This document shows positions 8,945 to 19,400 of a stretch of DNA of 64,000 bases, one piece after another (within the stretch, counting starts at the first letter, position 1; each line of letters starts with the position of its first letter). The stretch covers positions 2,904 to 66,903 of the forward strand of contig CANPVF010000159.1 in assembly GCA_947581645.1 (NCBI GenBank), written 5' to 3'. A program made the position numbers and the translations under genes. The notes under the pieces were generated by a model. That model ran no database searches, was not told the origin of the DNA, and saw nothing but the letters and a program-made list of their open reading frames with translations. Origin of the DNA: Candidatus Caribbeanibacter nitroreducens. GTDB taxonomy: Bacteria > Gemmatimonadota > Gemmatimonadetes > Palauibacterales > Palauibacteraceae.

Positions 8945-9841
8945 CTAACCCGCAGCCGTCGTCGCGTGCGCCCCGTCGGCCCCGCAGCGTCGCTCGATCG
9001 CGTCCATCCACTCCGCGGGGACCCCCTCGGTACCGAGGTCCGCCCGGTGTCCCTCGGGGCCGTGCCAGTCCGATCCGCCGCTCCGGAGGAGGTCCAGCTC
9101 CTCGGCCAGCGCGTCCATCCTCCGTCGCACGTCCGGGGCGTTGGCGGGGTGCAGCACCTCGACGCCGTCGATCCCGTCGTCCACCCACCGGCGGATGTCG
9201 TCCGCGGTGTGGGCCCGGCCCGGATGGGCGACGAGCGTCACGCCGCCGGCCTCGTGCACCCGATCGCAGACCTCCTTCGGGCGGAGCGGCGGCTTCTCGA
9301 CGAAGGCGGGATTCCCCCGGGAGAGATACCGGCCGAAGGCGGTCTCCTGGTCCGGGACCAGCCCCTCGGCCTCCAGCGCCCGGCCCAGGTGGGCGCGCGT
9401 CAGGATGTCGCCGCCGGCCTGCTTCCGGACGTCCTCCATGGTGAGGTCCAGCCCCTGCTCGCGGAGCCGGACCACCATCTCCTCGGCCCGGCGCGCCCGG
9501 GCGTCGCGCCACCCCTCCAGGAAGTCGCGCAAACCCTCGTGATCCGGGTCGAAGCCGAAGGCCAGGATGTGGATGGAGGCCCCGGGCTCGTTGGCCGACA
9601 GCTCGGCTCCGGGCAGGAAGCGCAGGCCGTGCTCCTCGGCGGCACGGGCCGCCTCCTCCAGGCCGTCCACGGTGTCGTGATCGGTCAGGGACAGGCCCTC
9701 CAGACCCTGCCGGGCCGCCCGCTCCACGACCTCCGTCGGCGTCTCGGTGCCGTCGGAGGCCGTGGAGTGCAGGTGGAGGTCCACCTCGCCCCGCTCGGCC
9801 GAGCCCGGGCCGGTCGGACCGCCCGCGGAGGACGCCGTCAC
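8945..9841 (-). CDS. PHP domain phosphoesterase (TrpH/YciV-like)
   Basis: VDLHLHSTASDGT PHP motif; 298 aa. Confidence 0.8.
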   Translation of the reverse strand: MTASSAGGPTGPGSAERGEVDLHLHSTASDGTETPTEVVERAARQGLEGLSLTDHDTVDGLEEAARAAEEHGLRFLPGAELSANEPGASIHILAFGFDPDHEGLRDFLEGWRDARARRAEEMVVRLREQGLDLTMEDVRKQAGGDILTRAHLGRALEAEGLVPDQETAFGRYLSRGNPAFVEKPPLRPKEVCDRVHEAGGVTLVAHPGRAHTADDIRRWVDDGIDGVEVLHPANAPDVRRRMDALAEELDLLRSGGSDWHGPEGHRADLGTEGVPAEWMDAIERRCGADGAHATTAAG

Positions 9842-9854
9842 GCCCGGCCCCCGG

Positions 9855-10115
9855 TCACGAGGTGCCCTTCACCGACCGTTCCTCGGCGGACCCCATGGAG
9901 CCGGAATCGCGGAACAGCTCGGTCAGCTCGCGCTCCGAGAGCGCCTCCAGGTCCCCGGCGTCGGCGATCCGGTCGTCCGGCACCTCGGTCACGCGATACG
10001 GTCGCTGGTCGGTGGTCTTGCAGAAGAACACGATCGTCGTCACGCCGGGCGCCTCCCGGTGCTCCCCGACGCGCACGACCCACGTGTCCCCGTCCGCCTC
10101 GATCTTCCGGGCCAT
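9855..10115 (-). CDS. hypothetical small protein (86 aa)
   Basis: MARKIEADGDTWVVRVGEH...TTIVFFCKTTDQRPYRV. The C-terminal part of ORF 9855..10499 has ordinary composition, while the upstream part is Gly/Arg junk. Sits between the DtxR and PHP genes in the same orientation. Confidence 0.5.
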   Translation of the reverse strand: MARKIEADGDTWVVRVGEHREAPGVTTIVFFCKTTDQRPYRVTEVPDDRIADAGDLEALSERELTELFRDSGSMGSAEERSVKGTS

Positions 10116-10117
10116 CT

Positions 10118-10861
10118 CTACAGCTCCTCCACCACGATTGATTCGGCCAGCTTCTGGTCCAGCACGTGCGACTCCCCCTCCACGCGGACCGTGATCGGCC
10201 CGTCCAGGGGAGCCTCCGACTCCACGGTGACTTCCGTCCCGGGGAAGAGCCCCATGGAGGCCAGATACCGGAGGCGCTCGGAGTCGTCGTCCGCCACCTC
10301 GCGGACCACGACCCGGGCGCCGGACCCCAGGTCGCTCAGGGCCACCCCGGCCCGGTCCTCCATCTCCCCTTCCGACGTGGGGATCGGCGAGCCGTGCGGG
10401 TCGAAGTCGGGATCGCCCAGGGCGGCGGCCATCCGGTCCACCAGCTCGTCGGAGGCGGCGTGCTCCATGCGCTCCGCCTCCTCGTGCACGTTGTCCCACC
10501 GGTAGCCGAGCTTCTCGATCAGGTACAGCTCGATGACCCGGTGGCGACGTATGATGCGCAGGGCCGCCTGCTCTCCCCGGCGCGTGAGCCGGACCCCGTG
10601 ATAGGGGACGTGCTCCGCGTGCCCCTTCTCGGCCAGGCTCTTCACCATGTTGGTCACGGCGGCCGCCGAGCGGCCCAGCTCCTCCGCCAGGGCCGACGTC
10701 GACACGGTTCCGCCCGAGGGCGGCTGCAGCTTGTAGATCGCCTTCAGGTAGTCCTCGGCGGCACCGCTGGGCTCCTCGCCGTCCCCGTCGTCCGGGGCAC
10801 GGGCCGGCTCACCGTCCGCCGGGGCGGGACGATCGGCTGCGGAGGAATCTCCCGGGGGCAC
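10118..10861 (-). CDS. DtxR/IdeR/MntR family metal-dependent transcriptional regulator
   Basis: DtxR-type winged helix (EDYLKAIYKL...TVSTSALAEELGRSAAAVTNMVKSL), metal-binding/dimerisation region, and C-terminal SH3-like (FeoA) domain. The N-terminal ~35 aa acidic/Pro-rich extension may reflect a later true start. Confidence 0.8.
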   Translation of the reverse strand: MPPGDSSAADRPAPADGEPARAPDDGDGEEPSGAAEDYLKAIYKLQPPSGGTVSTSALAEELGRSAAAVTNMVKSLAEKGHAEHVPYHGVRLTRRGEQAALRIIRRHRVIELYLIEKLGYRWDNVHEEAERMEHAASDELVDRMAAALGDPDFDPHGSPIPTSEGEMEDRAGVALSDLGSGARVVVREVADDDSERLRYLASMGLFPGTEVTVESEAPLDGPITVRVEGESHVLDQKLAESIVVEEL

Positions 10862-10908
10862 TCCGACCTCGCTGTCCGGCGGATTGGGGCTGACGGCCGA
10901 CGGCGCCG

Positions 10909-11979
10909 TCAGCGGGGTATGAACTCCGTGTCGGCGTCCAGCCGCACCAGGAACTCCGAGATCAGCTCGGCGGCGGCCTCGACGTCGTCCTCGGAGACCA
11001 TCTGGTTGGGGCTGTGCATGTACCGGTCCGGGATCGAGACGATGGCCGTGGCCACGCCGGCCCGGCTGGTGTAGATGGAGTCGGCGTCGGTCCCGGAGCT
11101 GGCGGGCTCGGCCAGGTACTGCACGTCGATCCCGGCCGCCTCCGCCGCCTCCCGCATCCGCTCCAGCATCACCGGGTTGACCACGGCCCCGCGGGTCAGG
11201 ACCGGCCCGTCCCCGAGTTCTACGTCACCGTGCTCCGTCTGGTCCACGCTCGGATGGTCGGTGGCGTGGGTGACGTCGACGACCACGGCCGCGTCGGGAT
11301 CGAGTCCGAAGGTGCTGGTGCTGGCTCCGCCCCCGGACTTGTAGCCGATCTCCTCCTGGGTCGTCGCCACGGAGACGGCGTGGCAGTCCGCCCCCTTCTG
11401 CTCCGCCCGCCGCAGGGCCTCGAGCACCGTCACCGCGCCGATGCGGTCGTCGATGGAGCGTGCGGCGAACCGGCCGTTCTCCAGGTGGATCGTGTCGGAG
11501 CGGATGACCGCCGTGTCGCCCAGGTCCACCATCTCCCGGGCCTCCTCGGCGCTCTCGGCGCCGATGTCCAGCCACAGCTCCTTCATCTTCACGGCCTTGT
11601 CCCGGTCGTCGCGCTCGATGAGATGGATGGCGCGACGGCCGATGACGCCGACCACCGGTCCGTTGCGCGTCAGGAGCTCCACTCTCTGCCCCACCAGGAC
11701 CTGCGGGTCCCAGCCTCCCACGGACTTCACCCACAGGTAGCCGTCGTCGTCGACGTGGTGCACCATGAGGCCGATCTCGTCGATATGGCCCGCCATCATC
11801 ACCGTGGGCGAGGCTCCCTCGCCGATGGACGCGAAGGTGTTGCCGTAGACGTCGGTCCACGTCCGCTCGGCGAAGCTCTCCGTCTCCTCGCGCCAGACGG
11901 CGGCCGCGTCCGTCTCGAAGCCGGACGGGCCGGGGGCGTCGAGGAGGCGTGTGAGAACGTCGCGCATGGCACTCTTCAT
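10909..11979 (-). CDS. M42 family metallopeptidase (glutamyl aminopeptidase / FrvX-like)
   Basis: MMAGHIDEIGLMV and later His/Asp/Glu metal ligands typical of M42; start at MKSAMRDVL. Confidence 0.85.
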   Translation of the reverse strand: MKSAMRDVLTRLLDAPGPSGFETDAAAVWREETESFAERTWTDVYGNTFASIGEGASPTVMMAGHIDEIGLMVHHVDDDGYLWVKSVGGWDPQVLVGQRVELLTRNGPVVGVIGRRAIHLIERDDRDKAVKMKELWLDIGAESAEEAREMVDLGDTAVIRSDTIHLENGRFAARSIDDRIGAVTVLEALRRAEQKGADCHAVSVATTQEEIGYKSGGGASTSTFGLDPDAAVVVDVTHATDHPSVDQTEHGDVELGDGPVLTRGAVVNPVMLERMREAAEAAGIDVQYLAEPASSGTDADSIYTSRAGVATAIVSIPDRYMHSPNQMVSEDDVEAAAELISEFLVRLDADTEFIPR

Positions 11980-12160
11980 GGGCTGCCCTCGAGAATCTGG
12001 AAACGGTGGTGTGGAGAGCGGCGGAGGTCGCGGCGGAGGGCCGTGGTCCATGCAGCTACACGTGAACTCATCAGAGGACCCGGCTCCCGCCTGCTCGTGC
12101 CGGGGAACCCGCCGATTCCGGCCGAGCGAGCGGCAAACGTACGGGGTCGAAAGGAGGTGG

Positions 12161-13012
12161 TCAACGAGCCGTGCGTCCCGAGGTGTCCGGGGCCCTGAAC
12201 AGGCTGTCCGGGAGCTCGGGATTGATCACCACGTCGTCGATCCGGAGCTGCTTGGTGGGCACGCGATCCTCGTTCTCGTAGTGGCGCGTGCCCACGTAGG
12301 TGATCGGCTCCTGGTCACGGAAGTCGCGCCACTGCATGCGGTTGCGGGTGTCGGAGCCCTCCGAGATGTAGTGGGCCTCCTCCGGGAAGGGGTCTTCGTC
12401 CAGGAAGTAGTAGAAGTAGCGGTCCCCGGGATGCTGTCCGATTTGCTCCCCGAAGGTGATCCGGACCTCCACTCCCCCCTGTCCGCGGGTGAGCAGCGGC
12501 GCCTCGCCGGCCTCGAAGCGCCGGGCCTCGGCGTTCACGCCGGGATCGCGGAGCTTGTAGGGCAGGCCGATCCAGTAGTAGACGTCCCGCCCCACGTACT
12601 CCGTCTCCTCGGCCGCCGGGTGATCCGGTGGCAGCGGGTGGTCGTTCAGCGTGGCCCAGCCGGTGTCCCCCGTGAAGGCCTGCACGTACAGCCCCTCCCC
12701 CTCCGGCCGCTCGATTCGGGACATGAACCCGTCCGGGGTCTTCCGGATCCCCACCATGCGGGGCCGGACCCAGTCCACGGTGCCCGTGGAGTCGTAGAGG
12801 GCCGTCGTGACGGTGTACCGGAGCGTGCGGACGGAGTCCCAGGCGGCCAGGCCGCCGGCGCGGTCGATCCAGGCGCCCAGCGTGGAGTCCGCCAGGCTGG
12901 CCGGGTTGGAGGCGCCGGCGCTCTCGCTTCCGCCGCCGGCACCGTCGCCGGCGCATCCGGGGACTCCGACGGCCAGTGCGCTTGCCAGGACGACGGCGAG
13001 TAGGGATCTCAT
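12161..13012 (-). CDS. hypothetical lipoprotein
   Basis: MRSLLAVVLASALAVGVPGCAGDG is a lipobox (VPGC). No recognisable catalytic motif. Confidence 0.6.
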   Translation of the reverse strand: MRSLLAVVLASALAVGVPGCAGDGAGGGSESAGASNPASLADSTLGAWIDRAGGLAAWDSVRTLRYTVTTALYDSTGTVDWVRPRMVGIRKTPDGFMSRIERPEGEGLYVQAFTGDTGWATLNDHPLPPDHPAAEETEYVGRDVYYWIGLPYKLRDPGVNAEARRFEAGEAPLLTRGQGGVEVRITFGEQIGQHPGDRYFYYFLDEDPFPEEAHYISEGSDTRNRMQWRDFRDQEPITYVGTRHYENEDRVPTKQLRIDDVVINPELPDSLFRAPDTSGRTAR

Positions 13013-13169
13013 GCTGTGCCTCGATCCATTGAACGGTGCTCTCGACGGGCATCGGGGTACGACGGCTACAACATATACACTCGTCGGCGCGCGTCGCCCC
13101 CGTCGTTCGTCGCCGGCACCGCCGTCCGGCGTGAGACCGCTCATCACCCTGAAGCTCCGAGGAGACCAT

Positions 13170-15857
13170 ATGCCGCCCGACGCCACCAGCGAAGGAGGGA
13201 ACGGCCGCGAGTCCGGCGTCCGCGGCCGCCGGGGAGGTCGCCGACGCGGCGCCCCGGACGTCGGCCGGATCCTGAAGTGGGTCGGCGGGGTCCTGGCCGG
13301 CGTCGTGATCCTCTACCTGGGTGCGGCCCTGGCGCTCCGCACGCTGGTTCCGCCGGAGACGGTGGCGGCGTGGGCCGAGCCCCGCGCGGAGGCGGCGCTG
13401 AACCGCGACGTGGAGATCGGGGGCGCGGAGCTGGCCATCTTCCCGCACCTGGGCCTGGCGCTGGAGGACGTGACGGTGGGGAACCTGGCCGGGTTCCAGG
13501 GGCCGCCGCTGGCCCGGGCGGAGCGGGCCGAGCTCCGGGTCGCCCTGTGGCCGCTGGTCCGCGGCGACGTGGTCGTCGACGAGGCCGTGGCCCGCGGGCT
13601 CGACGTCCGGGTCCAGGTCGACGAGGACGGCGACACGAACTACGGGGACCTGCTGCCGGCGTCGGCGGAGCCGGATACGGTGGGCGCCGAACAGGGGCTC
13701 CCGGTCTCCCTCGCCGTCCGGTCGGTGGGCCTCGAGGGCTCCCGGCTGGAGTACCGCGACCGGCAGTCCGGACGCCTGTTCCTCCTGGACGACCTCCGAC
13801 TCCAGGGAAGCCTGGCCCGAGGAGAGGCGGGCTGGGAGCTGGAGACCGACGCGGCCGCCGATCGGGTGACGGCGACGCTGCCCTCCTTCCGGGACTCGCC
13901 GATGCGCCCCGGCGGGGCCACGCTCCGCCTCAGCATGCGGGCGGGGCCGGACTTCGGCTGGGTCGAGGTCGGAGAGGGGCGCCTGTCCGTCGGCGGGGTT
14001 CCCCTGTCCGTGACCGGGAGGGTGGACTCGATCACGGCCCCGGTGCGGCGGCTCTCCCTGGGCCTCGACGCCGACTCCCTGGACCTGGCCTCCCTGGCCG
14101 GCTCGGCGCCCGCGGGGGCGGTGCCCGACGCCGTCGAGTCGCTGGCCGGCACGGCCACCGTACAGATCGGCGTCACCGGGGAGCTGGGCGAGGGGAGCAC
14201 CCCGGAGGTGAGCGGCCAGATCCGGCTTCGGGGCGTCGGCGCCACCCTGGCGGAGCGGGGCCGGGTGGCCGAGGACGTCGGGGGCACCGTCCGTCTGCGC
14301 GGTGACACGCTGGCCCTCGAGGGGATGGAGGGCACGGTGCTGGGCGGCCCCTTCCGGATGTCGGGGGCCGTGGCGCTGGATTCGGCCCGGGCGTTCTCGG
14401 GCAGCGTGCAGTCCACGGTGTCGCTCTCGGCCCTCCGGGCGCCCGGCGCGGAGGCGGGTCCCACCGGGACCGTGGAGGCGTCCCTGGACCTGGCGGGCGA
14501 GGCGAGTCGGCCGGCGGCCACCTCCGCCGACGGCTCGGTCCTCCTCAGGGAGGTCGTGGTGCCCGCCGACTCGCCCCGGTCGCCGGTCCGGATCCCCCGG
14601 GGCGAGCTCAGCTTCGTGGACCGGGCGGTCACGTGGACCGATCTGACGGTGGCCGTCGGCGAGGACCGGATCACGACCACGGGGCGGCTGGACCGCTGGG
14701 GCGGCTTCCTGTCCGAGGACGCGGGCCTCCCGACGCTCCGGGGGCGGGCCGAGTCGGGGCGCCTGGACCTGGACCGGCTCCTCCCGAAGCCCGACGACTC
14801 GCCCACCTACGGCCAGCTCCTCTTCGTGCGCCTGGGCCGGGACAGCGTCGGAGGGCGGGCGACGGCCGACGTGGCCCGGGAGCTGGGCTACACCCGTCCA
14901 CCGACGCTGCCGGTGGCCGGCGAGCTGGAGGTGGCCGTGGACACCCTGCTCTTCGCCCCCTACCGGTTCGCGCCGATGACGGCCCGGCTGGAGTTCGGAC
15001 CGGACCTGATCCGGGTCTCCCGGGCGGAGCTCGGCGTCTTCGGGGGGACGCTGGCGATGACCCTGTCGGCCTCCCTGGGCGAGGCCGCACAGCAGCCCTT
15101 CTCGGCCACCCTCGAGGGGCGGGGACTCCGGGCGGCCGACTTCCTGGCCACCTCGTCGCCCATGGGGCGCCTGCTCACGGGGACGGCGAGCCTGGACCTG
15201 GAGGCCGCCGGGCGCCTGGACGGTGCGCTCCTCCCGGTGCGGGACTCCCTGGTGGGGAGCGGACGGTTCACCGTGGACGGGGGCGGGATGGCGCAGAACC
15301 CCGTGACGTCGGCCGTGGCCGACATGCTCACCTTCCCGGCGCTCCGGTCGCCGTCGGTGGAGCGTGTGGCCGTCCCGTTCCGGCTGGAGGGGACGCGTGT
15401 GCGATTCGACACCGCCCGGCTGGCGGCGCCGGTGGCGGGCGTGAGCTGGGCCGGATCCATGGACCTGGGTGGGAGCCTGGAGCTGGGGGCCAGCCTCGAG
15501 GTGCCCCGCTCCCGGGTGCCGGAGCTCAGCCTGAAGGGCGCCGGCCTGCCCGGCGAGCTCCTCTCACGGATCAGGCAGGGGGAGGGACCGCTCCAGCTGG
15601 GCCTCGGGGTCGGCGGCACGATCTCCTCCCCCCGGGTCGGGCTCGACACCGACGCCCTGCGCGCCCGGGCGGAGGAGGCGGCCCGAGGCGCCGCCCGTGA
15701 GGCGGTGGAGAAGAAGATCGACGAGGGGCGGAACGTCCTGGAGAAGCGGGCACGGGGGCTGCTGCAGCGCCTCACCGGCCCGCGGGACACGGCGGCGGCA
15801 TCCGACACCTCCGCCGCGCCGGACACGGCCGCGGCCGACACGACGGGGCTGCGCTGA
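13170..15857 (+). CDS. AsmA family protein (outer-membrane biogenesis)
   Basis: N-terminal TM anchor (ILKWVGGVLAGVVILYLGAALAL) followed by a long, repetitive beta-rich periplasmic region with charged C-terminus; ~895 aa. Start at MPPDATSE. Confidence 0.7.
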   Translation: MPPDATSEGGNGRESGVRGRRGGRRRGAPDVGRILKWVGGVLAGVVILYLGAALALRTLVPPETVAAWAEPRAEAALNRDVEIGGAELAIFPHLGLALEDVTVGNLAGFQGPPLARAERAELRVALWPLVRGDVVVDEAVARGLDVRVQVDEDGDTNYGDLLPASAEPDTVGAEQGLPVSLAVRSVGLEGSRLEYRDRQSGRLFLLDDLRLQGSLARGEAGWELETDAAADRVTATLPSFRDSPMRPGGATLRLSMRAGPDFGWVEVGEGRLSVGGVPLSVTGRVDSITAPVRRLSLGLDADSLDLASLAGSAPAGAVPDAVESLAGTATVQIGVTGELGEGSTPEVSGQIRLRGVGATLAERGRVAEDVGGTVRLRGDTLALEGMEGTVLGGPFRMSGAVALDSARAFSGSVQSTVSLSALRAPGAEAGPTGTVEASLDLAGEASRPAATSADGSVLLREVVVPADSPRSPVRIPRGELSFVDRAVTWTDLTVAVGEDRITTTGRLDRWGGFLSEDAGLPTLRGRAESGRLDLDRLLPKPDDSPTYGQLLFVRLGRDSVGGRATADVARELGYTRPPTLPVAGELEVAVDTLLFAPYRFAPMTARLEFGPDLIRVSRAELGVFGGTLAMTLSASLGEAAQQPFSATLEGRGLRAADFLATSSPMGRLLTGTASLDLEAAGRLDGALLPVRDSLVGSGRFTVDGGGMAQNPVTSAVADMLTFPALRSPSVERVAVPFRLEGTRVRFDTARLAAPVAGVSWAGSMDLGGSLELGASLEVPRSRVPELSLKGAGLPGELLSRIRQGEGPLQLGLGVGGTISSPRVGLDTDALRARAEEAARGAAREAVEKKIDEGRNVLEKRARGLLQRLTGPRDTAAASDTSAAPDTAAADTTGLR

Positions 15858-15903
15858 GGCGACCCGGAGCCGACGCCCCGCCGGCCGGGGGGGGGACCTC
15901 TCC

Positions 15904-16101
15904 CTACCGCTCCTGGCCGGCCAGCCCCAGGCTCTCCAGGATGTTCTCCATCAGGCACCACTTCGTGAAGGACGACTGCAGCAGGTTGACGCCCACGAAG
16001 GCGGTGAACAGGAACCACCACGGGCTCACCCACCACCCCAGCGCCAGGCTGGCCAGGACGAAGGTCCCCGCGATGGCGCGGATCCGGTAGTGCAGGCTCA
16101 T
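15904..16101 (-). CDS. DUF2892 (YgaP-like) small membrane protein
   Basis: 65 aa, two TM helices (FVLASLALGWWVSPWWFLFTAFVGVNLLQSSFTKWC). Confidence 0.55.
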   Translation of the reverse strand: MSLHYRIRAIAGTFVLASLALGWWVSPWWFLFTAFVGVNLLQSSFTKWCLMENILESLGLAGQER

Positions 16102-16157
16102 CGTCTCCTCCTCGTTCTCGGGTTCTCGTCGGCTCTACGTCGGTCGTCGGGCGTCGA

Positions 16158-16469
16158 TCAGCCGTCTCTGGGGCCGGTGGCCGCCGACCGCTCGACGCCC
16201 AGCTGGTAGGCGTGGATGGGGTGCCGGGCGTCCTCCAGGCCCGAGCACTCCGCCACCGCCTCCAGCAGCTCGTCCGCCCGCTCGTCCGGGACGACGGCCA
16301 CCACCATGGAGGAGGCGTAGGGGGCGCTCTTCCCGTACCACCCGGGCCCCGAGCCCGGGCGGTGCCCCTCGGCGTCCATCTCCGTGAACACCGGGACCTC
16401 GTGGTCGGCCAGGAGGCGCTGCACGCACCCCCGGTCCTCCTCCAGGTACATCAGCAGCACCATCTTCAT
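16158..16469 (-). CDS. small PII-like/DUF3240-like protein translationally coupled to the RND pump
   Basis: 103 aa (MKMVLLMYLEEDRGCVQRLL...). ATG overlaps the pump stop (ATGA). DUF3240-type proteins characteristically follow RND (CzcA-like) pump genes. Confidence 0.5.
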   Translation of the reverse strand: MKMVLLMYLEEDRGCVQRLLADHEVPVFTEMDAEGHRPGSGPGWYGKSAPYASSMVVAVVPDERADELLEAVAECSGLEDARHPIHAYQLGVERSAATGPRDG

Positions 16470-19400
16470 GTCGCTTCTCCCGTTGCGGTCGCCCGGCCCC
16501 GGGACGGCGTGCCGGCGGGCTCGCCCGACGGCTCCCCGCCGTCCGGTCCTCCGTCGTCCTCCCGGTGGGCCAGGAAGTAGATGCTCGGCACGACGATCAG
16601 CGTGAGCGCCGTGGAGGCCACCGCGCCCGTGATCAGCGAGACCGCCAGCCCCTCGAAGATCGGATCGAAGAGGATCACGGCGGCGCCGATGATCACGGTG
16701 CCGGCGGTCAGTGCGATGGGGCGCGTCCGGACGGCGCCGGCCTCGATGACCGCCTTCTTCAGCGGCACGCCGGCGTCCAGCCGCACCTCCAGGTAGTCGA
16801 TGAGCAGGATGCCGTTGCGGACCATGATGCCCGCCAGCGCGATCATTCCGATCATGGAGGTGGCCGTGAAGAAGGCCCCGAAGGCCCAGTGGCCCGGGGC
16901 GATCCCGATCAGGGTGAGCGGGATGGCGGCCATCATCACCAGCGGCGTGGTCAGCGAGCCGAACCACCCCACGATGAGGGCGTAGATGAGCAGCAGCGCC
17001 CCGGCGAAGGCGATCCCCAGGTCCCGGAACACCTCGTAGGTGATCTGCCACTCCCCGTCCCACTTGACGGCGGGGACGTCCGTGGACTCGGGCTGGTCGG
17101 TGTACAGCTGCCGCAGGTCTCCCCCGCCGGGGACCTCGATCTGGGCCAGCTTCTCCCTCAGGTCCAGGATGGCGTAGACCGGGCTCTCCTCCTCGCCGGC
17201 CACGGCGGCCGTCACGTAGACGACGCGCCGCATGTTCTTCCGGTCGATCACCTGGGGCACGGTGTCCTCCACGGCGTGGACCAGCTCGCCCACCGGCACC
17301 AGGCCGCCGCCGCGGGAGGCCACCCGCAGGCCCGCCAGCCGGTCGGCGCCCGAGCGCTCCGCCTCGGAGAGCTGCACCCGGATCGGAACCGGGCTGCGGG
17401 CGTCCGGGGCCGAGAGGTGGGTGGGGGTGGAGCCGTGCAGGCCGATGCGCAGCGACTGCACCACCGCGGGCTTCGAGACCCCGGAGAGCGCGGCCTTCTC
17501 CTCGTCCACCCGGAAGCGGACTTCCCGCTGCGGCGCCGTCAGGGACCAGTCGACGTCCACGACGCCCGGCTGCTGCTCGAAGAGCTCCCGCACCCGCCGC
17601 GCCACCTGCCGCTGCTCGCCCGGGTCGTCGCCGTAGACCTCGGCCACCAGCGTGGCCCGGACCGGCGGCCCCGGCGGGACCTCGACGATCTTGGAGACCA
17701 CGCCCGAGTCGGCCCCGGCCAGGGCCTCCTTCACCACCGGACGGACCCGGCGGGCCACGTCGTGGCTCTGGGCCGACCGCTCGCCCTTGGGCACCAGGTT
17801 CACCTGCAGGTCGGCCACGTTGGGCCCCTGGCGCAGGTAGTAATGGCGAATCAGGCCGTTGAAGTTGAACGGTGCGGCCGTGCCGCCGTAGAGCTGCACG
17901 TCCTCCACCTCGGGCACCCGGCCCAGCGCCGCGTGCACCCGCGTCGCCAGGTTGGTGGTGGTCTCCAGCGACGTCCCCTCCGGCGTGTCCACCAGCACCT
18001 GCATCTCGTTCTTGTCGTCGAAGGGGAGCATCTTCACCGTCACGGCGCGGATGGCGAACAGCCCCACCGACCCCAGCAGGAGGAGGACGACGCCGCCGAG
18101 CATCCACTTGATGCGCGCCGGCTTCTCCAGGAGGGGATCCATGACCCGCCGGTAGAAGCGGTACATCCGCGTGTCCTCCAGGACGTACCCCTCCTCGCCG
18201 CCGGGGCCGCCGGCGCCCTCACCGCCGGAGGGCGCTCCGCCCGCGGCGCCCCCTTCCCCTCCCTCTTCTTCCTCCACTTCGCCGGGGAGGAGTCGGAAGG
18301 CGAGCCACGGGGCCCCCACCAGGGCGATGATCAGCGAGAACGTCATGGCCAGCGTGGACCCGATGGGCATGGGGCTCATGTACGGGCCCATGAGGCCGGA
18401 GACGAAGAGCATGGGGAGGACCGCGGCGATCACGGTGAGGGTGGCCAGGATGGTGGGATTCCCCACCTCGTCCACCGCCGCCCGCGCCGCCGCCATGAGC
18501 GGCCGGTCCTTCATCTTGAAGTGCCGGTACATGTTCTCGACGACGATGATGGAGTCGTCGATCACGATGCCGGTGACGAAGATCAGGGCGAAGAGCGTCA
18601 CCCGGTTCAGCGTGTAGCCGAAGATCCGGTACACGAAGAGGGTCAGGGCGAAGGTGATGGGCACGGCCATCATCACCACCACCGCGCTCCGCCACCCCAT
18701 GAACAGCGCCACCACCAGCCCCACGGCCAGGATCGCCATGAGCAGGTGGAGCCGCAGGGTGCTCACCTTCTCCCGGGCGGTCTCGCCGTAGTTGCGGGTG
18801 ACGTCGGCCCGGACCCCCTCGGGGATGACCTGCGCCTCCAGGTCCTCGACACGGTCCTCGAGCTGACGTCCGAGCTCGGTGGCGTCGGAGCCGCCGCGCT
18901 TGGACACCGCGAGGGTGACCATGGGCGACAGGTCGCCTCCGGCGGGCCCGCTGAAGGTGTAGCTGTCCACCTCCTCCGAGCCGTCGGTGACCGTGGCCAC
19001 GTCCCCCAGGCGGATCGCCTGTCCGTCGCGGACGTCGAGCACCACGCCCCGCACGTCGGCGGCGGAGCTGAGGAAGGGGCCGGCCTCGACCCGGATCACC
19101 CGGTTGCCCCGGGCGAAGCGTCCGGACTCCAGGTTCGTGTTCGCGGCCTCCAGGCGCCGGGCCACCAGCGCCGGGTCCACGCCGTAGGCGGCCATCCGGT
19201 CCGGGCTGAGCTCCACCTGGATGGCCCGGGAGAACCCACCGATCACCGACACGTCCCGCACGTTCTCGGTGGCCTTGAAGCTGGTGGCCACCTCCTCGCC
19301 CACCGCCCGCAGCTCCCGGTGGTCCAGGGAGTCGCTGGAGAGGGTGAGGGTGAAGAAGGGCACGTCGTCGATGGTGACGGTCTTGACCATGGGCGTCCGG

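Noticed and set aside
10118-10861. 35-aa N-terminal extension of the DtxR-family regulator as a functional domain
   Set aside because: More likely a mis-called start, since the acidic/Pro-rich segment has no counterpart in DtxR/IdeR. I kept the ORF-track start for lack of an obvious internal initiation codon.
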